Shown: positions 17,271 through 28,310, counted from the stretch's first letter. The stretch: DNA of 64,000 bases from an uncultured archaeon (GCA_964430885.1 CAYSHM010000003.1:32001-96000), one strand, 5' to 3'. Numbers and translations: made by a program. The notes: generated by a model not told the origin, from the letters alone.

Positions 17271-20078
17271 TTAAAGGTTACCATATAATCTTTCATATTC
17301 ATCCTGCTGGTTCTGGGACATATCCTCACCGCCGGTCTCCTCATCAGACAGTGTTTCCACATCATCCTTTTTATTGCCGGACCTGGCGATCATTACTGCG
17401 ACAACCACTCCGATTATCAGAAGGAGGACAATCACAATAATGATAATTACCATGATCATACTTGAACCGCCTGATCCTTTATCGTTGCCATCGTCTCCAA
17501 CATTGGTGTCATCATCAGCAGGCGGCTGATCATCATCACTATCCGCATCGGGGTTGTCAAAAACTGTGGGATCAAGACCCCTTCGGTACTCTTCAAGATT
17601 GGTCAGGCCGTCATCATCATCGTCATCATCGAAATCCTTTGAGTTCTTTGCATCAAGATTATACTTGACCTCCCAACCGTCTGGCATTTGGTCCCCATCC
17701 GTGTCATTGTTGAATGGATCCAGATCCTCTGCGAACTCCTCAAGATTGGACAGGTCATCATTATCGTTGTCCAAGGATGCATCTGCAAAATCAAGTGGAT
17801 TGAGGCCCTGCTGAACTTCCCAACCATCCTCCATTTGATCTCCATCAGTATCAGGTTTGAGTGGATTGGTCCCGTTAAGGAATTCCTCCACATTGGTCAT
17901 GAAATCGCTATCTGGATCATTTGCAGCATCATTTCCCATCAGAGGATTGAACTCATAATCAACCTCCCATCCATCGGTCATAACATCATTGTCCGAATCC
18001 GAATTGAAGGGATTGGTCCCCACCTGGAATTCCCTCTTGTTAGTGAGGGCATCGCCATCAGGATCCTCAGATGAATCTGAATCATCCAGTGGGTCAAGGT
18101 TCACCTCGACCTCCCAACCATCTGGCATACCGTCTGAATCAGTATCATTCTCGTTGGGATTGGTATTGTTCAGATACTCCTCAATATTCTTGAGATCATC
18201 CTCATCATCATCGTTATCAGCATCAAAACCCATTGGGATCAATCCGTTGTCAACCTCCCAACCGTCGGGTATTCCGTCTCCCTCACTGTCCCATTCATTG
18301 GCAAAGGTCCCAACCTGATATTCCTGAAGGTTGGTAAGCCCGTCAGAGTCCTTATCTCCATTGGCATCAGACGCTAGGGGGTCCAGCTCGCAGTCGACCT
18401 CCCAGCCATCTGGCATTGCATCTGAATCTGTATCCTCATCGCCCGGATCTGTGGAAAACTGGAATTCCTCAATATTCTTCAAACCATCGCTGTCCGGATC
18501 ATCATATGCATCATTCTCACCAACAATGACCAATGGGTAAAGCTCCTCCCATTCATCAGGCATATTGTCATTATCTACATCCCTGTAATTCTTTTCGTTC
18601 TGTATCTCAAACACACTGAGAGAGAGATAGGTAGTTTCCTGACCCATGGGGTCCCGAGCAGTTATCCTTACCCTGTATGTATCTGTATTCCATGTTGCAG
18701 TGGTATTTGTATCCCACTCATAACTGCCCGTATTCTCAAGACCAGTGTAGATCACATGGAATTCCGGTTCGGCCCTATTATCTGGATCCCGAGTAAAATG
18801 AAGGTCTATTGTAAGATCTTCTGAGGCGTCATTATCAGGCAGAACATCACCGTCTTCACCGTCATCCGTGGCGGTCCATGTAATGGTGTTCAGACCGCTC
18901 CATATCTCGCCGCCCAAGGGTGTGTTCAATGTGACAACAGGGGGAAGATCATTATCTATCTCGAATGTTGTATCCATTGTGGCACTAGCGGTCTTTCCGC
19001 CAGCGTCAGTAACTGTGATCTTCAGCTTGTAATCGGTCTGATCAACGGCCTGGGTTGTATCCCATATATAGGATCCCGTATTGTCCAGATCACTCTCAAT
19101 AACAGACCAGCCGCCGTTTCTGCCGTACTCCAGTTTGATGGTAAGCTCATCTCCGACATCGGTGTCAGTTGCGGTCCAGTTGATATGGGTATTCCCCCTG
19201 ACCAGACCTGAAGGTACATCATCAAAGTGGACTGCAGGCTCATGGTTGAAATAAACATATCCTTTGGTTTCTATGCTTAAGGGGCTAGCTATATTCTTCC
19301 GGCTGTCAATATAACCCTTGTAGGTTGCATCGATTCCAGTGTTGTTTGCATTTCCGCTTCCGCCTATATGGCCGATAACACCGTCGAAAACGCTGAAGGG
19401 TATCGCTCCGCCCCAATTATAATAAGCAAATCTAGCATCCGTCTCAGCGGTCCCGTATGCGTCGGAAGTGGGATGCCATTCAAGAAGAGTATAATGGTCG
19501 GGGAAATAATTGCTGTCCGCTACTATTCGGTCATGTGCACCTACGGAACCGGGGCAATATCCGCACCAGGTAGCAGTGAAACATTCTCCAAGTACCCTTC
19601 TCTGGGTTCCAGTGTTCTGCAGTGTCTTTGTCATGGGATCGATGGTGGACTGCATAACCTCATAGGAATCATACTGCCTTTGGGGATCATTGTTCATGTT
19701 TTTCCGTTCTTTGGACAGGCTCTGGACAAATACTACAACCCTAAGATCCTCTTTGATCCATTGAGCGTTAGGTGTGAAAGTCTTGTTGAAATGGAACTCC
19801 TGTCCAACATTGGTTATCTGAATATTTTCCACAGCCAATACATCTCTGACCGTATGACGATATCGAGCACCGTTATGAAGGGTCTTCAGATCCTCCACTA
19901 GTACAAAGGAAACTGAGCAATTGGTTTCTGCCGGCATATCCTCTACCTTGATCGTAGCATCTATCCAATTGGTGGTGTCGATCCTATCTGCGGAATCGTC
20001 CTCCGCAGATACCAGAACCATAGCACTGGACACCATGCAGAGACATATTGCCAATATAAAAATCCTTTTTTTCATCAT
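17271..20078 (-). CDS. Surface protein: permuted Omp28-like CxxC domain, Ig domains, TSP3-like Ca-binding repeats, C-terminal TM
   Basis: Signal peptide; FTATWCGYCP; seven DxDxDxMxDGWE-type units; hydrophobic C-terminal anchor. Confidence 0.88.
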   Translation of the reverse strand: MMKKRIFILAICLCMVSSAMVLVSAEDDSADRIDTTNWIDATIKVEDMPAETNCSVSFVLVEDLKTLHNGARYRHTVRDVLAVENIQITNVGQEFHFNKTFTPNAQWIKEDLRVVVFVQSLSKERKNMNNDPQRQYDSYEVMQSTIDPMTKTLQNTGTQRRVLGECFTATWCGYCPGSVGAHDRIVADSNYFPDHYTLLEWHPTSDAYGTAETDARFAYYNWGGAIPFSVFDGVIGHIGGSGNANNTGIDATYKGYIDSRKNIASPLSIETKGYVYFNHEPAVHFDDVPSGLVRGNTHINWTATDTDVGDELTIKLEYGRNGGWSVIESDLDNTGSYIWDTTQAVDQTDYKLKITVTDAGGKTASATMDTTFEIDNDLPPVVTLNTPLGGEIWSGLNTITWTATDDGEDGDVLPDNDASEDLTIDLHFTRDPDNRAEPEFHVIYTGLENTGSYEWDTNTTATWNTDTYRVRITARDPMGQETTYLSLSVFEIQNEKNYRDVDNDNMPDEWEELYPLVIVGENDAYDDPDSDGLKNIEEFQFSTDPGDEDTDSDAMPDGWEVDCELDPLASDANGDKDSDGLTNLQEYQVGTFANEWDSEGDGIPDGWEVDNGLIPMGFDADNDDDEDDLKNIEEYLNNTNPNENDTDSDGMPDGWEVEVNLDPLDDSDSSEDPDGDALTNKREFQVGTNPFNSDSDNDVMTDGWEVDYEFNPLMGNDAANDPDSDFMTNVEEFLNGTNPLKPDTDGDQMEDGWEVQQGLNPLDFADASLDNDNDDLSNLEEFAEDLDPFNNDTDGDQMPDGWEVKYNLDAKNSKDFDDDDDDDGLTNLEEYRRGLDPTVFDNPDADSDDDQPPADDDTNVGDDGNDKGSGGSSMIMVIIIIVIVLLLIIGVVVAVMIARSGNKKDDVETLSDEETGGEDMSQNQQDEYERLYGNL
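17530..18580 (-). repeat. Seven ~49-aa thrombospondin type-3-like repeats
   Basis: Units of the form DxDxDx(M/I)xD(G/E)WE...LxP...DxDxDxLxNxEE(F/Y)xxxT(N/D)P. Confidence 0.85.
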
Positions 20079-20329
20079 TATATATCCTCCTTATAGTACA
20101 CATTTTTCATTGTAAAAAATTGATAATTAAATAATTGAAATTCTATTTATAATTTCGGGCAAAGTAATTTTCAATTACCTATAAGTGTATAACACCGTAA
20201 TTGAAATATTATGAGTAGTGTAAACCAATAAAAATTGAAATAGAGAATGTTAAAAGACCATTATAAATTGATTTAAACAGTGAAATTCGGATGACTGTTC
20301 AATATATTTAGCTCTTAATAGGAACAAGT

Positions 20330-20941
20330 TCATATCTTGGTTTCGAAGTCCTCGGGAGTCAATTTGAAATCGGAGTAATTTATAAGCTCCCCGTTGTTCT
20401 TCAGTACTTCTCTTGAAAGGAGCCAGTATAACAAAGCCAGGGATTTTCGGCCCTTATTATTAGCGGGAATCACCAGGTCAACATTTCGGGTATAATTATT
20501 TGCATCACAGAAACCCACCACAGGTATTCCAATCAGCAATGCTTCCCTTAAAGCCTTGGAATCCGCTGCAGGGTCAGTCACCATCAGAACCTCGGGCTCT
20601 AGATATGTGGCAAGTTCTGGGTTTGTCAGGGTTCCAGGTACGTATCGGCCTTGGAGGGTCATGGTCCCCAGAACCTTGGAGAAGAATTTCACAGGTGTTT
20701 TACCATATTGTCTTGCAGATAGTACCAGTATCTTATCAGGATCGTAATTTGCCAGAAATTTACCAGCAGTTTTTATCTTGTCCTTGGTGTGCTGGATGTT
20801 GAGTACGTAAAGACCGTCATCACGGACCTTGAATATGTAGGGTTTCATATCTGCACTTTTCTGTTTGGTCCCGATGTGTACACCTGCTGTAAGCAGCATA
20901 TCGTCCTTGACCATCTCGTCTCCGCCTTCTTCATTAACCAT
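20330..20941 (-). CDS. rps2: 30S ribosomal protein uS2
   Basis: AGVHIGTKQK, GRYVPGTLTNP, IPANNKGRKSL; ATG 20941 after GAGGT. Confidence 0.96.
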   Translation of the reverse strand: MVNEEGGDEMVKDDMLLTAGVHIGTKQKSADMKPYIFKVRDDGLYVLNIQHTKDKIKTAGKFLANYDPDKILVLSARQYGKTPVKFFSKVLGTMTLQGRYVPGTLTNPELATYLEPEVLMVTDPAADSKALREALLIGIPVVGFCDANNYTRNVDLVIPANNKGRKSLALLYWLLSREVLKNNGELINYSDFKLTPEDFETKI

Positions 20942-20956
20942 TGTAACCAACCTCAA

Positions 20957-21133
20957 TTATATATCTGACCTTTGAATAGTAGTTATGGGTGTCAGTCCCT
21001 TTCCAAATTCATACTGAGCAATCGCTACTGAATCAAACATATCCGGAGGAACATCTACCAAAGCCGGAGCTCCCAAACTGATTTGCAGTGCCCGGGCTCC
21101 GATTATTCTTGCTTTTTCATATCTGTTATACAT
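20957..21133 (-). CDS. rpoK: DNA-directed RNA polymerase subunit K (Rpo6)
   Basis: Missing from ORF track (58 aa). MYNRYEKARIIGARALQISLGAPALV...EFGKGLTPIT; conserved linkage with rps2. Confidence 0.95.
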   Translation of the reverse strand: MYNRYEKARIIGARALQISLGAPALVDVPPDMFDSVAIAQYEFGKGLTPITTIQRSDI

Positions 21134-21317
21134 GATATTTCCTACCCTGATGTTCTATCTTTAATTTGTCGGATATTGCCTTGATCATAGTTGATTATAA
21201 TCATTATTGATTCATGACCAACACAATAACAAACCTTGAAACGTGAATATCCATATCTTATATAATTCTTACTTACCAATTAAAATACTCGGATTTTTAG
21301 TATTTCAAAGCTCATTT

Positions 21318-21842
21318 TTATAGGTTGGAAAAAAAACTGAAAATTTCATGGGTCTCCCGACTGAATAAACACATAATTATTCTTTCTAATATTCCTTGGA
21401 CGATTATTTCACCAGTAACAACTCTATGAAATATTTCCGCGGCCTCTTTCAATGGATAACCATATGCACCACAGGATATTGCCGGAAAAGCGATCGATTT
21501 TATGGAAAGATTTTCCGCCTCCTTGAGACACGCCACATAACAGCTTTCAAGTAGATGAGATTTGTCCTTTGAAGGATGATATACCGGTCCAACAGTATGG
21601 ATCACAAATCTGGCGGGAAGCAGGTATCCTCTAGTTACAACCGCCTTGCCGGATGGCATGCCATTGGGATATCTTGTACGGCGGATCATCCTGCACTCTT
21701 CCAAGAGTTTTGGTCCTGCTGCCCGATGTATGGCGCCATCCACCCCACCTCCACCTAAAAGACTGGAATTGGCTGCGTTCACTATGGCATCCACTTTCAA
21801 CTGCGTAATGTCTCCAACAATGTAATCCACTACCAACCGCAT
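21318..21842 (-). CDS. Macro-domain O-acetyl-ADP-ribose deacetylase (YmdB-like)
   Basis: GDIT, AIVNAANSSLLGGGGVDGAIHRAAG, FPAISCGAYGYP. Confidence 0.93.
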   Translation of the reverse strand: MRLVVDYIVGDITQLKVDAIVNAANSSLLGGGGVDGAIHRAAGPKLLEECRMIRRTRYPNGMPSGKAVVTRGYLLPARFVIHTVGPVYHPSKDKSHLLESCYVACLKEAENLSIKSIAFPAISCGAYGYPLKEAAEIFHRVVTGEIIVQGILERIIMCLFSRETHEIFSFFSNL

Positions 21843-21851
21843 TCCACCCTA

Positions 21852-23744
21852 TCAACCTCGGAATATTATCCTTTTACTCATATGAAGGGATAGAGGATGG
21901 GGCTTGAATGGCATATCGTCCTGTTCCTTTTTCAACCTTTCTTTCAGCCCTTCGATGTCTAGCTTCATCTGTTCTTTTGTGCTTCTAATCCTGACTGAAA
22001 GTTCGCCGCTTTCTTTCTCCTTATCTCCCACAACCACAATAAAAGGCACCCATTCCTTCTCAGCATTCCTGATGCTCTTTCCAACAGTACTGCCTGTGTC
22101 ATCAATATCCACCCTTACTCTTTCAAATTTCCTGCATAGTTCTTCACAATAACCCAAATGATATTCTGATACTGGAATCAATCTCATCTGAGTGGGGGAC
22201 AACCAGTAAGGCAAGCTGGGTTTGATGCCTTTCATGGTGTTCTTATAAGCTCTCTCCAATAAGGAATAAATCACCCTTTCGATAGCTCCTGAAGGGGACA
22301 TGTGCATGATCAATGGAAATTGTTTATCTCCGTTCTCATCGGTGAATTGTATATTATATCGCTCAGCATTTTCAACATCTATCTGGTCAGTTGAAAGGGC
22401 AGAAGCCTTGTCAAGAGCATCCACGAAATTCCATTCATACTTCATAAGGAAATAGAAAAACCTATCGTTCCACATTTCTAGAAGGATGGGAGCTCCCCAT
22501 ATCCCTATAAGCTCTTTGATAAAATCGCGGTTTTCTTCATAAAAATCCTTGGTGATCCTTATAGCCATTTGAAAATCATTTTCCATATCGTAACCGATGT
22601 TCTCCAGAATACTTCTTGATAGCTTGAAACGAACTATCATCTCCTCCTTTGCCTGTTCCATATCTGCACAGAACGCGTGGCAGTCAGGCATGGTAAAAGC
22701 ACGTAATCGTCTCAGACCTGTGAGTTCACCCCGCTGTTCCAATCTGAAGGAATAACGGGTCAACTCATAGAGCTTTGCCGGGAGCTGCTTATAGCTCAAA
22801 GTAGCATCATGCATCATCAGAAATTGTCCGAAACAAGCTGCGAACCTAAGAAAAACATCCTTGTCAGGTGTTTCTATCTTATATTGCCTAGCTGGGAACC
22901 TATCCAAGTATTTCTTCAGAGAGGGATGTTCATAATCGTACATAATAGGGGATTCGATCTCCCTTCCACCATATTCTATCACCCGCTCGGTCACATATTC
23001 TTCCAAAAGACCTTTTATGAATCTGCCTTTGGGATAAAATCTCATATTCCCTGGATCGGAGCCTGGCTCGTAGTCCGCAATCTCATGTTTCTGCATCAGT
23101 TGTACATGAGGAGGGCTTTTCTTACCTCCTCGGGATTTACTTATTTCATAGGAGGCAAATTTTTCAAGATCTTGTTCACCCTTGAAATTATATCCACTGA
23201 CCTTTCCGTTATCATCGTTTATCTCGTTGATATTTCCGTTAAGGTCCATGATATACCAATAGGACCGGGCCTCATCCTCCGCCTTCAATGCTGAGGATTC
23301 CAGTATCTCTTTTTTACCTGTACCTTGAATTTCCCTTGAAAGCTCACTCAACGGATGCCCTTTACAGGAAATTTTAAAGGATTTATACCAGCCAAACGGA
23401 GCTCGATATACCTTGTAATGACTTAATTTGAGTTCTTCAAACAATCTTAATTCAACCTTGACTGCTTCTTTTGGTTTAGCAAGGTCGGACGACAGATGAG
23501 CATAGGGATAAAGGAATATTGCATCCACGCCCACGGTCTCAGCAGCATCAAGAATAGTCTCGGTGGCTTCGTATATCACTTCATCAATGTTCTTCCAATC
23601 ATTCTTCTCCACAGCATTGAAGGCCACTAATACTTCATCACAACTCTGATGTTTCAGGGATTCACCTATGTCTTCAGCTATGTTCTTGATTGCCTTTGTT
23701 GTCTCATATTCCATATAATCAGAATGAATCAATAATAATTTCAT
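21852..23744 (-). CDS. thrS: Threonine--tRNA ligase, archaeal type
   Basis: MKLLLIHSD editing domain, YPYAHLSS, PFGWYK, RFAACFG, FTMPDCH. Confidence 0.97.
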   Translation of the reverse strand: MKLLLIHSDYMEYETTKAIKNIAEDIGESLKHQSCDEVLVAFNAVEKNDWKNIDEVIYEATETILDAAETVGVDAIFLYPYAHLSSDLAKPKEAVKVELRLFEELKLSHYKVYRAPFGWYKSFKISCKGHPLSELSREIQGTGKKEILESSALKAEDEARSYWYIMDLNGNINEINDDNGKVSGYNFKGEQDLEKFASYEISKSRGGKKSPPHVQLMQKHEIADYEPGSDPGNMRFYPKGRFIKGLLEEYVTERVIEYGGREIESPIMYDYEHPSLKKYLDRFPARQYKIETPDKDVFLRFAACFGQFLMMHDATLSYKQLPAKLYELTRYSFRLEQRGELTGLRRLRAFTMPDCHAFCADMEQAKEEMIVRFKLSRSILENIGYDMENDFQMAIRITKDFYEENRDFIKELIGIWGAPILLEMWNDRFFYFLMKYEWNFVDALDKASALSTDQIDVENAERYNIQFTDENGDKQFPLIMHMSPSGAIERVIYSLLERAYKNTMKGIKPSLPYWLSPTQMRLIPVSEYHLGYCEELCRKFERVRVDIDDTGSTVGKSIRNAEKEWVPFIVVVGDKEKESGELSVRIRSTKEQMKLDIEGLKERLKKEQDDMPFKPHPLSLHMSKRIIFRG

Positions 23745-24037
23745 CTCAACTCACATCCCTATTTACCATTTAAGAAGCGAGTTCTTCAACAGCAACACGG
23801 TTAAAAAAACATTATGGTTATTATTCTTTGTTACAGCTAAAAGCAATCACAATTGTTCCTATTTGTTTATCGCCATGTAGAAACAGCCAGAAAAGGGAAA
23901 CTCGAAATCATATTACTGGATGAAAATTGAAAGGATCAGAATATATTTTTCTTGGTGATTGAACATAATCTACCAGAATGGGCTTACAATTCTTCAGAAT
24001 TTCAAGAAAAATAAGGTAAAAGTAGTAAGAAATTAAA

Positions 24038-24979
24038 TTATTGCCAGCCGATTTCTTCTTCATCATCCCAATCTGAAATGGCCTTGCGATGCCGTCTTTT
24101 TGTGGGACGTTCCCTCCCCCGTTCCCTCAGGGAGACTTCTGTAAATCCATCCATCCTATCATATTCTATCCTTTTAGGTTCGGGAGGTAAATAATCATCA
24201 TCATAATCACCAAAAACATCCTCATCCCAATCATCTGAATCAGACCTATCCCTTCTTCCTCTAGGAGAGCCGACCTTCCCATCTGGCTTCTTTGAACCGC
24301 TATTCAATCCTGAATAAATATTCTGTTTAGACCCGCTCATATACTCCTTAATCTCATCGCTGTCGACCTTGATGGCCACCGCCAAACCGCCAATAACCAA
24401 TACTGACAATATCAACAGACCGTAGGCCAAATTGGAAATCTCCCATTCACTCTTTGAGCCGTCATCATTTCCCCCACCATCCATCACCGTATATGAATAC
24501 TTCAGATTTACCCTGCTTTCATAGACCGACATAGGTTTGTCAATTGACGTTGAATTATACGATATTCCAAAATAATAATTACCCTCATCTGCAGAATCGG
24601 TGATAATCTTTGATGGATGAACAACCAGTTGATTCTCCGATATTATTTTAAATGTGTTTGACCCTAATCTATTCCAGCTGACCGTATCCTTTGATATGAA
24701 TAGGTTGACACTTGAAAGGTTCATTCCGCCATTTAATAATTCATACTCAACAATGAAATCCCCCTGCACCTCATCTGGAATTTGAACTAAGCAAACTTGA
24801 TTCGTATCGTCTCTGGAATTGCTCATATGATCAAATGGGGATTTTTGAACTACCTGGGATTCAGTGGTATCCTTACTATGAAATAAAATAATGCAAGTGA
24901 AAATAAGAATTGAAAAAATTAAACACACAATAATGCCTCGCTTAACTATATATTTCTCAGAGCAGATCTTTTCCAGCAT
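24038..24979 (-). CDS. Hypothetical two-TM membrane protein with Trp-acidic tail
   Basis: TM, external domain, TM, then disordered tail ending SDWDDEEEIGWQ. Confidence 0.75.
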   Translation of the reverse strand: MLEKICSEKYIVKRGIIVCLIFSILIFTCIILFHSKDTTESQVVQKSPFDHMSNSRDDTNQVCLVQIPDEVQGDFIVEYELLNGGMNLSSVNLFISKDTVSWNRLGSNTFKIISENQLVVHPSKIITDSADEGNYYFGISYNSTSIDKPMSVYESRVNLKYSYTVMDGGGNDDGSKSEWEISNLAYGLLILSVLVIGGLAVAIKVDSDEIKEYMSGSKQNIYSGLNSGSKKPDGKVGSPRGRRDRSDSDDWDEDVFGDYDDDYLPPEPKRIEYDRMDGFTEVSLRERGRERPTKRRHRKAISDWDDEEEIGWQ

Positions 24980-25043
24980 GATTTATCTCCCCATATATTC
25001 CCATAGACATGGTTATTGATTTCAAAAAAATACGCTCTCGTTA

Positions 25044-28000
25044 TTATTTTCGGCCCTTCTTTTCCGTCCGGGATCCCAAACCCATCCCTTCATTTTTAAT
25101 CGCCCTCATCTCCTTCCTCCCTATCCTCGATAGAAGGACTGCGCCTACTGCGACAATCGCTAATAATATGGAAATGGAGCAAAGTATATTTTTCGTATTG
25201 GGTTCATATTCCACTTCCACATTCAAGGTTGTGGAATTACCTTTATCATCATCGTCATATATTGTCAATGTTACAGCATAGGTCCCCTTTTCGTTATATT
25301 TATGCTGGACCCGGGATGTGTTGGTAGTGATTTTGGTACCGTCGCCAAAATCCCAATCATACCTCACAATATTTCCATCAGGATCAAATGAGGAATTTGC
25401 ATCAAAGGTAACATATTCACCAGGCTCAATGAGTTTTGGGACAAAGAGGAAAATGGAGGGACCCACAGGAACATTTGAAACGATCACTTTCAATGTATGA
25501 GTAACATTGCCCTCGCCGTCTGAAGCGGTTATGAATACGTCATGGGTGCCATTGTCGAGATAACCTGTCTGCCACCAAGAAGTAGTTGTTGCACCGGAAT
25601 ATGAAACTGATATGTTTTTATTGTCAGGATCCGTGATCTTCGGATCTATTGAAAGCATTTCCCCTTCCGAAACAACGATATACTTATTGTATTCAATTTT
25701 TGGTAGATCATTAACTGGCGTCACGTTTACCGAGAAGTAGATGGATGTACTGGCATTGTAATTATCTGTAGCTATAAGTGTTATGTTCTCCTGTCCGAAA
25801 TAATTCTTCTTCATGGAGATATGAACGCTATTGTTATTCTCAATGTTGAAAATGATCGAACGGTTCCCAAAGAAAGTATAATTGAGCAATTCATTTTCAT
25901 CTATTCCAAGATCGGGATCCCAAAAGATACTGGAGAGATTGAAATATAGTTTCTCAGGGGTATCTTCCTCTATATAAATCCGGTCCAACTGGGTAATTAT
26001 CTGAGGTGGATCATTAACATTCTTTACAGTAATTTTCAGTTCAATGGTGTCCTCCCCTCCGTTACCGTCAAAAACAAGGAATGTGAAAAAATGGTCACCA
26101 ACTGCGGTATTATTGGGGGTCCACTGGAAACGACCTGTTGTGCGATTCAATTCGAGGTTCGAATGCCCCGTAGGAAGCAACTGGAAATATAAAATATCTA
26201 CAGGCCTATCAATATCCGTCGCGTTCACGACGAAATCCAGAGGGACACCTTGGTAGGTGGTCTTGTTCTCCATGGCTGAAAATACCGGAGGATTATTGAT
26301 CAAATGCAATTCCAATGTTGAGTTGGGAGAACGGACATTCTTACTGTTAACAGCTGTGACATTGATGTAGTACACATGGCCGAAGAAACCTTCTTCTTGA
26401 AAAGTGAATTCGTTATCTTGAATTATTTCGGATGATAACAAATAACTGCCATTTCGATCCTGAATTGTTATCTCATATGCAACATTCTGCCCTTGGAAAT
26501 CAAAACTCGGAGCCCATCTCAGAGTAGGTTTTAACCTATGAGTCGCATTCGCTGAAATGATACTTGGAACCGTGGGAAGATACTTCTTGATACCTGCATA
26601 TTCGAACATAGTACAGGATACAAGTCTGGAGAACTTGGACATATAATCAAAATCCAATCTGGAATAATTATTATCCTCCTCAGGCCAATTGGACGGCCAC
26701 CAATCTTCAATATCAAGTGAATCACTCTCTGATAATCCAACAGCAGGGAGATTGTATTTCCAGAAAGAATAATAATCATCTTGGCCTTCCATGCGCCCAT
26801 CCACCTGTCTAATGCTCAGATCAATATTCTGCCGGATATTCACATCAGTTAAATTATCAACTATGGAATTGGATAATTGATTCTTCCATATCCCACATAC
26901 ATCACCCTGGGCTCCACCATATCCAATTCTATCAAGGGTTATTACTGCTCCTATATTGGACCCTGACAGGTTAAGATTCCTAGCGTACTCATTACTGCCT
27001 ATTCTGCCGCTACCGTTTGAACCTCCATCAACAGCCACGAACCTTATTGTAGCATTGAAATCGTAAGATGATAGCAATCTTGCGCTTTCAAGAAGAACAG
27101 CCATACCGCTGGCATCATCATCTGCACCTTTATAGGCCAATGATTCCGTATCATAATGTGCTAGGATAATATACTCCTCATCAGAAACAGGATTGATCCC
27201 TTCACTTGTACATATGATATTTGTGTAAGCAGTTCCATTCACATAGAAAGTGAACGTATCAACATTTTCACCAAAAAGCTCTGAAAAACGCTGAACCAAA
27301 TAATTCTCTACCTCTTTATGGCTGGTTGTATTTCTATATCTATTGGGAAAGTTCATAAGATCTTTGGTGATAGAACGAATAGATTCCCTTGAAACCCTTC
27401 CTGAAACACTCGAAGGAGAAGCATAATATTCCAATGGGAGACGCAATTGCATGGATTTATCCATATATACATAGTGAATGCTCTTCCCTTCACCTATTGG
27501 ATGGGGATATTCGATTTTATGAGTGGTCTTAATCTCCTGGTCATTCATTTTCAATATCTCTTCAGTGACAATTATTTTTGAAATCTTCCCCTCACTATCG
27601 CTTATTAGATCGGGCGATTGGCCAACGGGTACCCCATTGATATTGGTTATAGCCAAAGGAATACCATTAACCGGGATATTCTGGGACTCGAAAAATATAT
27701 CTAGATACCAGTTGATGCTCAATCTAGACTGCTGATCCAAAATATCTACCTTTTCCTTGTCAATTGTGCAGTTCAAAGCGGAAATAAAACTTGATTCCTC
27801 AAGCTCCATGTCTTTTAAGCAATTACTGAAACTTGAATTTGTTAGCAGAACCGAGGAACGGTTGGCCTTCAATCCCAACTTAGCAAATGATAAAATGGTA
27901 TTATTGAAATAGGACACATTGGTTGATGTTTGGAATATTTTCAACCCCTGCCAATTCGACTCGGAATATTTTGTGAAAATGATGGGTTCCTCAACTGTAC

Positions 28001-28310
28001 CCTGGCATATCATTGCACTATTGATGGTTATCTCTGCTCCGGATCCAATCTTCACAACCGTTCCAGCCCGGACCAATATTTTTTTTTGGTCAACCTGGTA
28101 ATCATCGGTGATTATTTTTGTCCCGCTCCAAACAATATAATCCTCAGCTCTGACATCTTCGCTACCTATTCCAGAAACCTCATAGGGCGATGAATCAACA
28201 CCAAATATTCGGTATATGGAGAAATTATTTAAGGCACATAATATCAATGCTGCCGTTAGAATTATATATATAGGTTTTCTAATTCCATCTACCTTAATAG
28301 CCTGGAGCAT
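25044..28310 (-). CDS. Surface protein with degenerate M28 peptidase, FN3/cadherin-like Ig, PKD and C-terminal TM
   Basis: AHYDT, GADDDASG; VKNVNDPP-type repeats; SFDPDGNIVRYDWDFGDG PKD. Confidence 0.87.
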   Translation of the reverse strand: MLQAIKVDGIRKPIYIILTAALILCALNNFSIYRIFGVDSSPYEVSGIGSEDVRAEDYIVWSGTKIITDDYQVDQKKILVRAGTVVKIGSGAEITINSAMICQGTVEEPIIFTKYSESNWQGLKIFQTSTNVSYFNNTILSFAKLGLKANRSSVLLTNSSFSNCLKDMELEESSFISALNCTIDKEKVDILDQQSRLSINWYLDIFFESQNIPVNGIPLAITNINGVPVGQSPDLISDSEGKISKIIVTEEILKMNDQEIKTTHKIEYPHPIGEGKSIHYVYMDKSMQLRLPLEYYASPSSVSGRVSRESIRSITKDLMNFPNRYRNTTSHKEVENYLVQRFSELFGENVDTFTFYVNGTAYTNIICTSEGINPVSDEEYIILAHYDTESLAYKGADDDASGMAVLLESARLLSSYDFNATIRFVAVDGGSNGSGRIGSNEYARNLNLSGSNIGAVITLDRIGYGGAQGDVCGIWKNQLSNSIVDNLTDVNIRQNIDLSIRQVDGRMEGQDDYYSFWKYNLPAVGLSESDSLDIEDWWPSNWPEEDNNYSRLDFDYMSKFSRLVSCTMFEYAGIKKYLPTVPSIISANATHRLKPTLRWAPSFDFQGQNVAYEITIQDRNGSYLLSSEIIQDNEFTFQEEGFFGHVYYINVTAVNSKNVRSPNSTLELHLINNPPVFSAMENKTTYQGVPLDFVVNATDIDRPVDILYFQLLPTGHSNLELNRTTGRFQWTPNNTAVGDHFFTFLVFDGNGGEDTIELKITVKNVNDPPQIITQLDRIYIEEDTPEKLYFNLSSIFWDPDLGIDENELLNYTFFGNRSIIFNIENNNSVHISMKKNYFGQENITLIATDNYNASTSIYFSVNVTPVNDLPKIEYNKYIVVSEGEMLSIDPKITDPDNKNISVSYSGATTTSWWQTGYLDNGTHDVFITASDGEGNVTHTLKVIVSNVPVGPSIFLFVPKLIEPGEYVTFDANSSFDPDGNIVRYDWDFGDGTKITTNTSRVQHKYNEKGTYAVTLTIYDDDDKGNSTTLNVEVEYEPNTKNILCSISILLAIVAVGAVLLSRIGRKEMRAIKNEGMGLGSRTEKKGRK

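Noticed and set aside
17530-18580. CRISPR-like periodic repeats (~147-nt spacing)
   Set aside because: They are degenerate in-frame coding repeats (DGWEV units) with synonymous variation.
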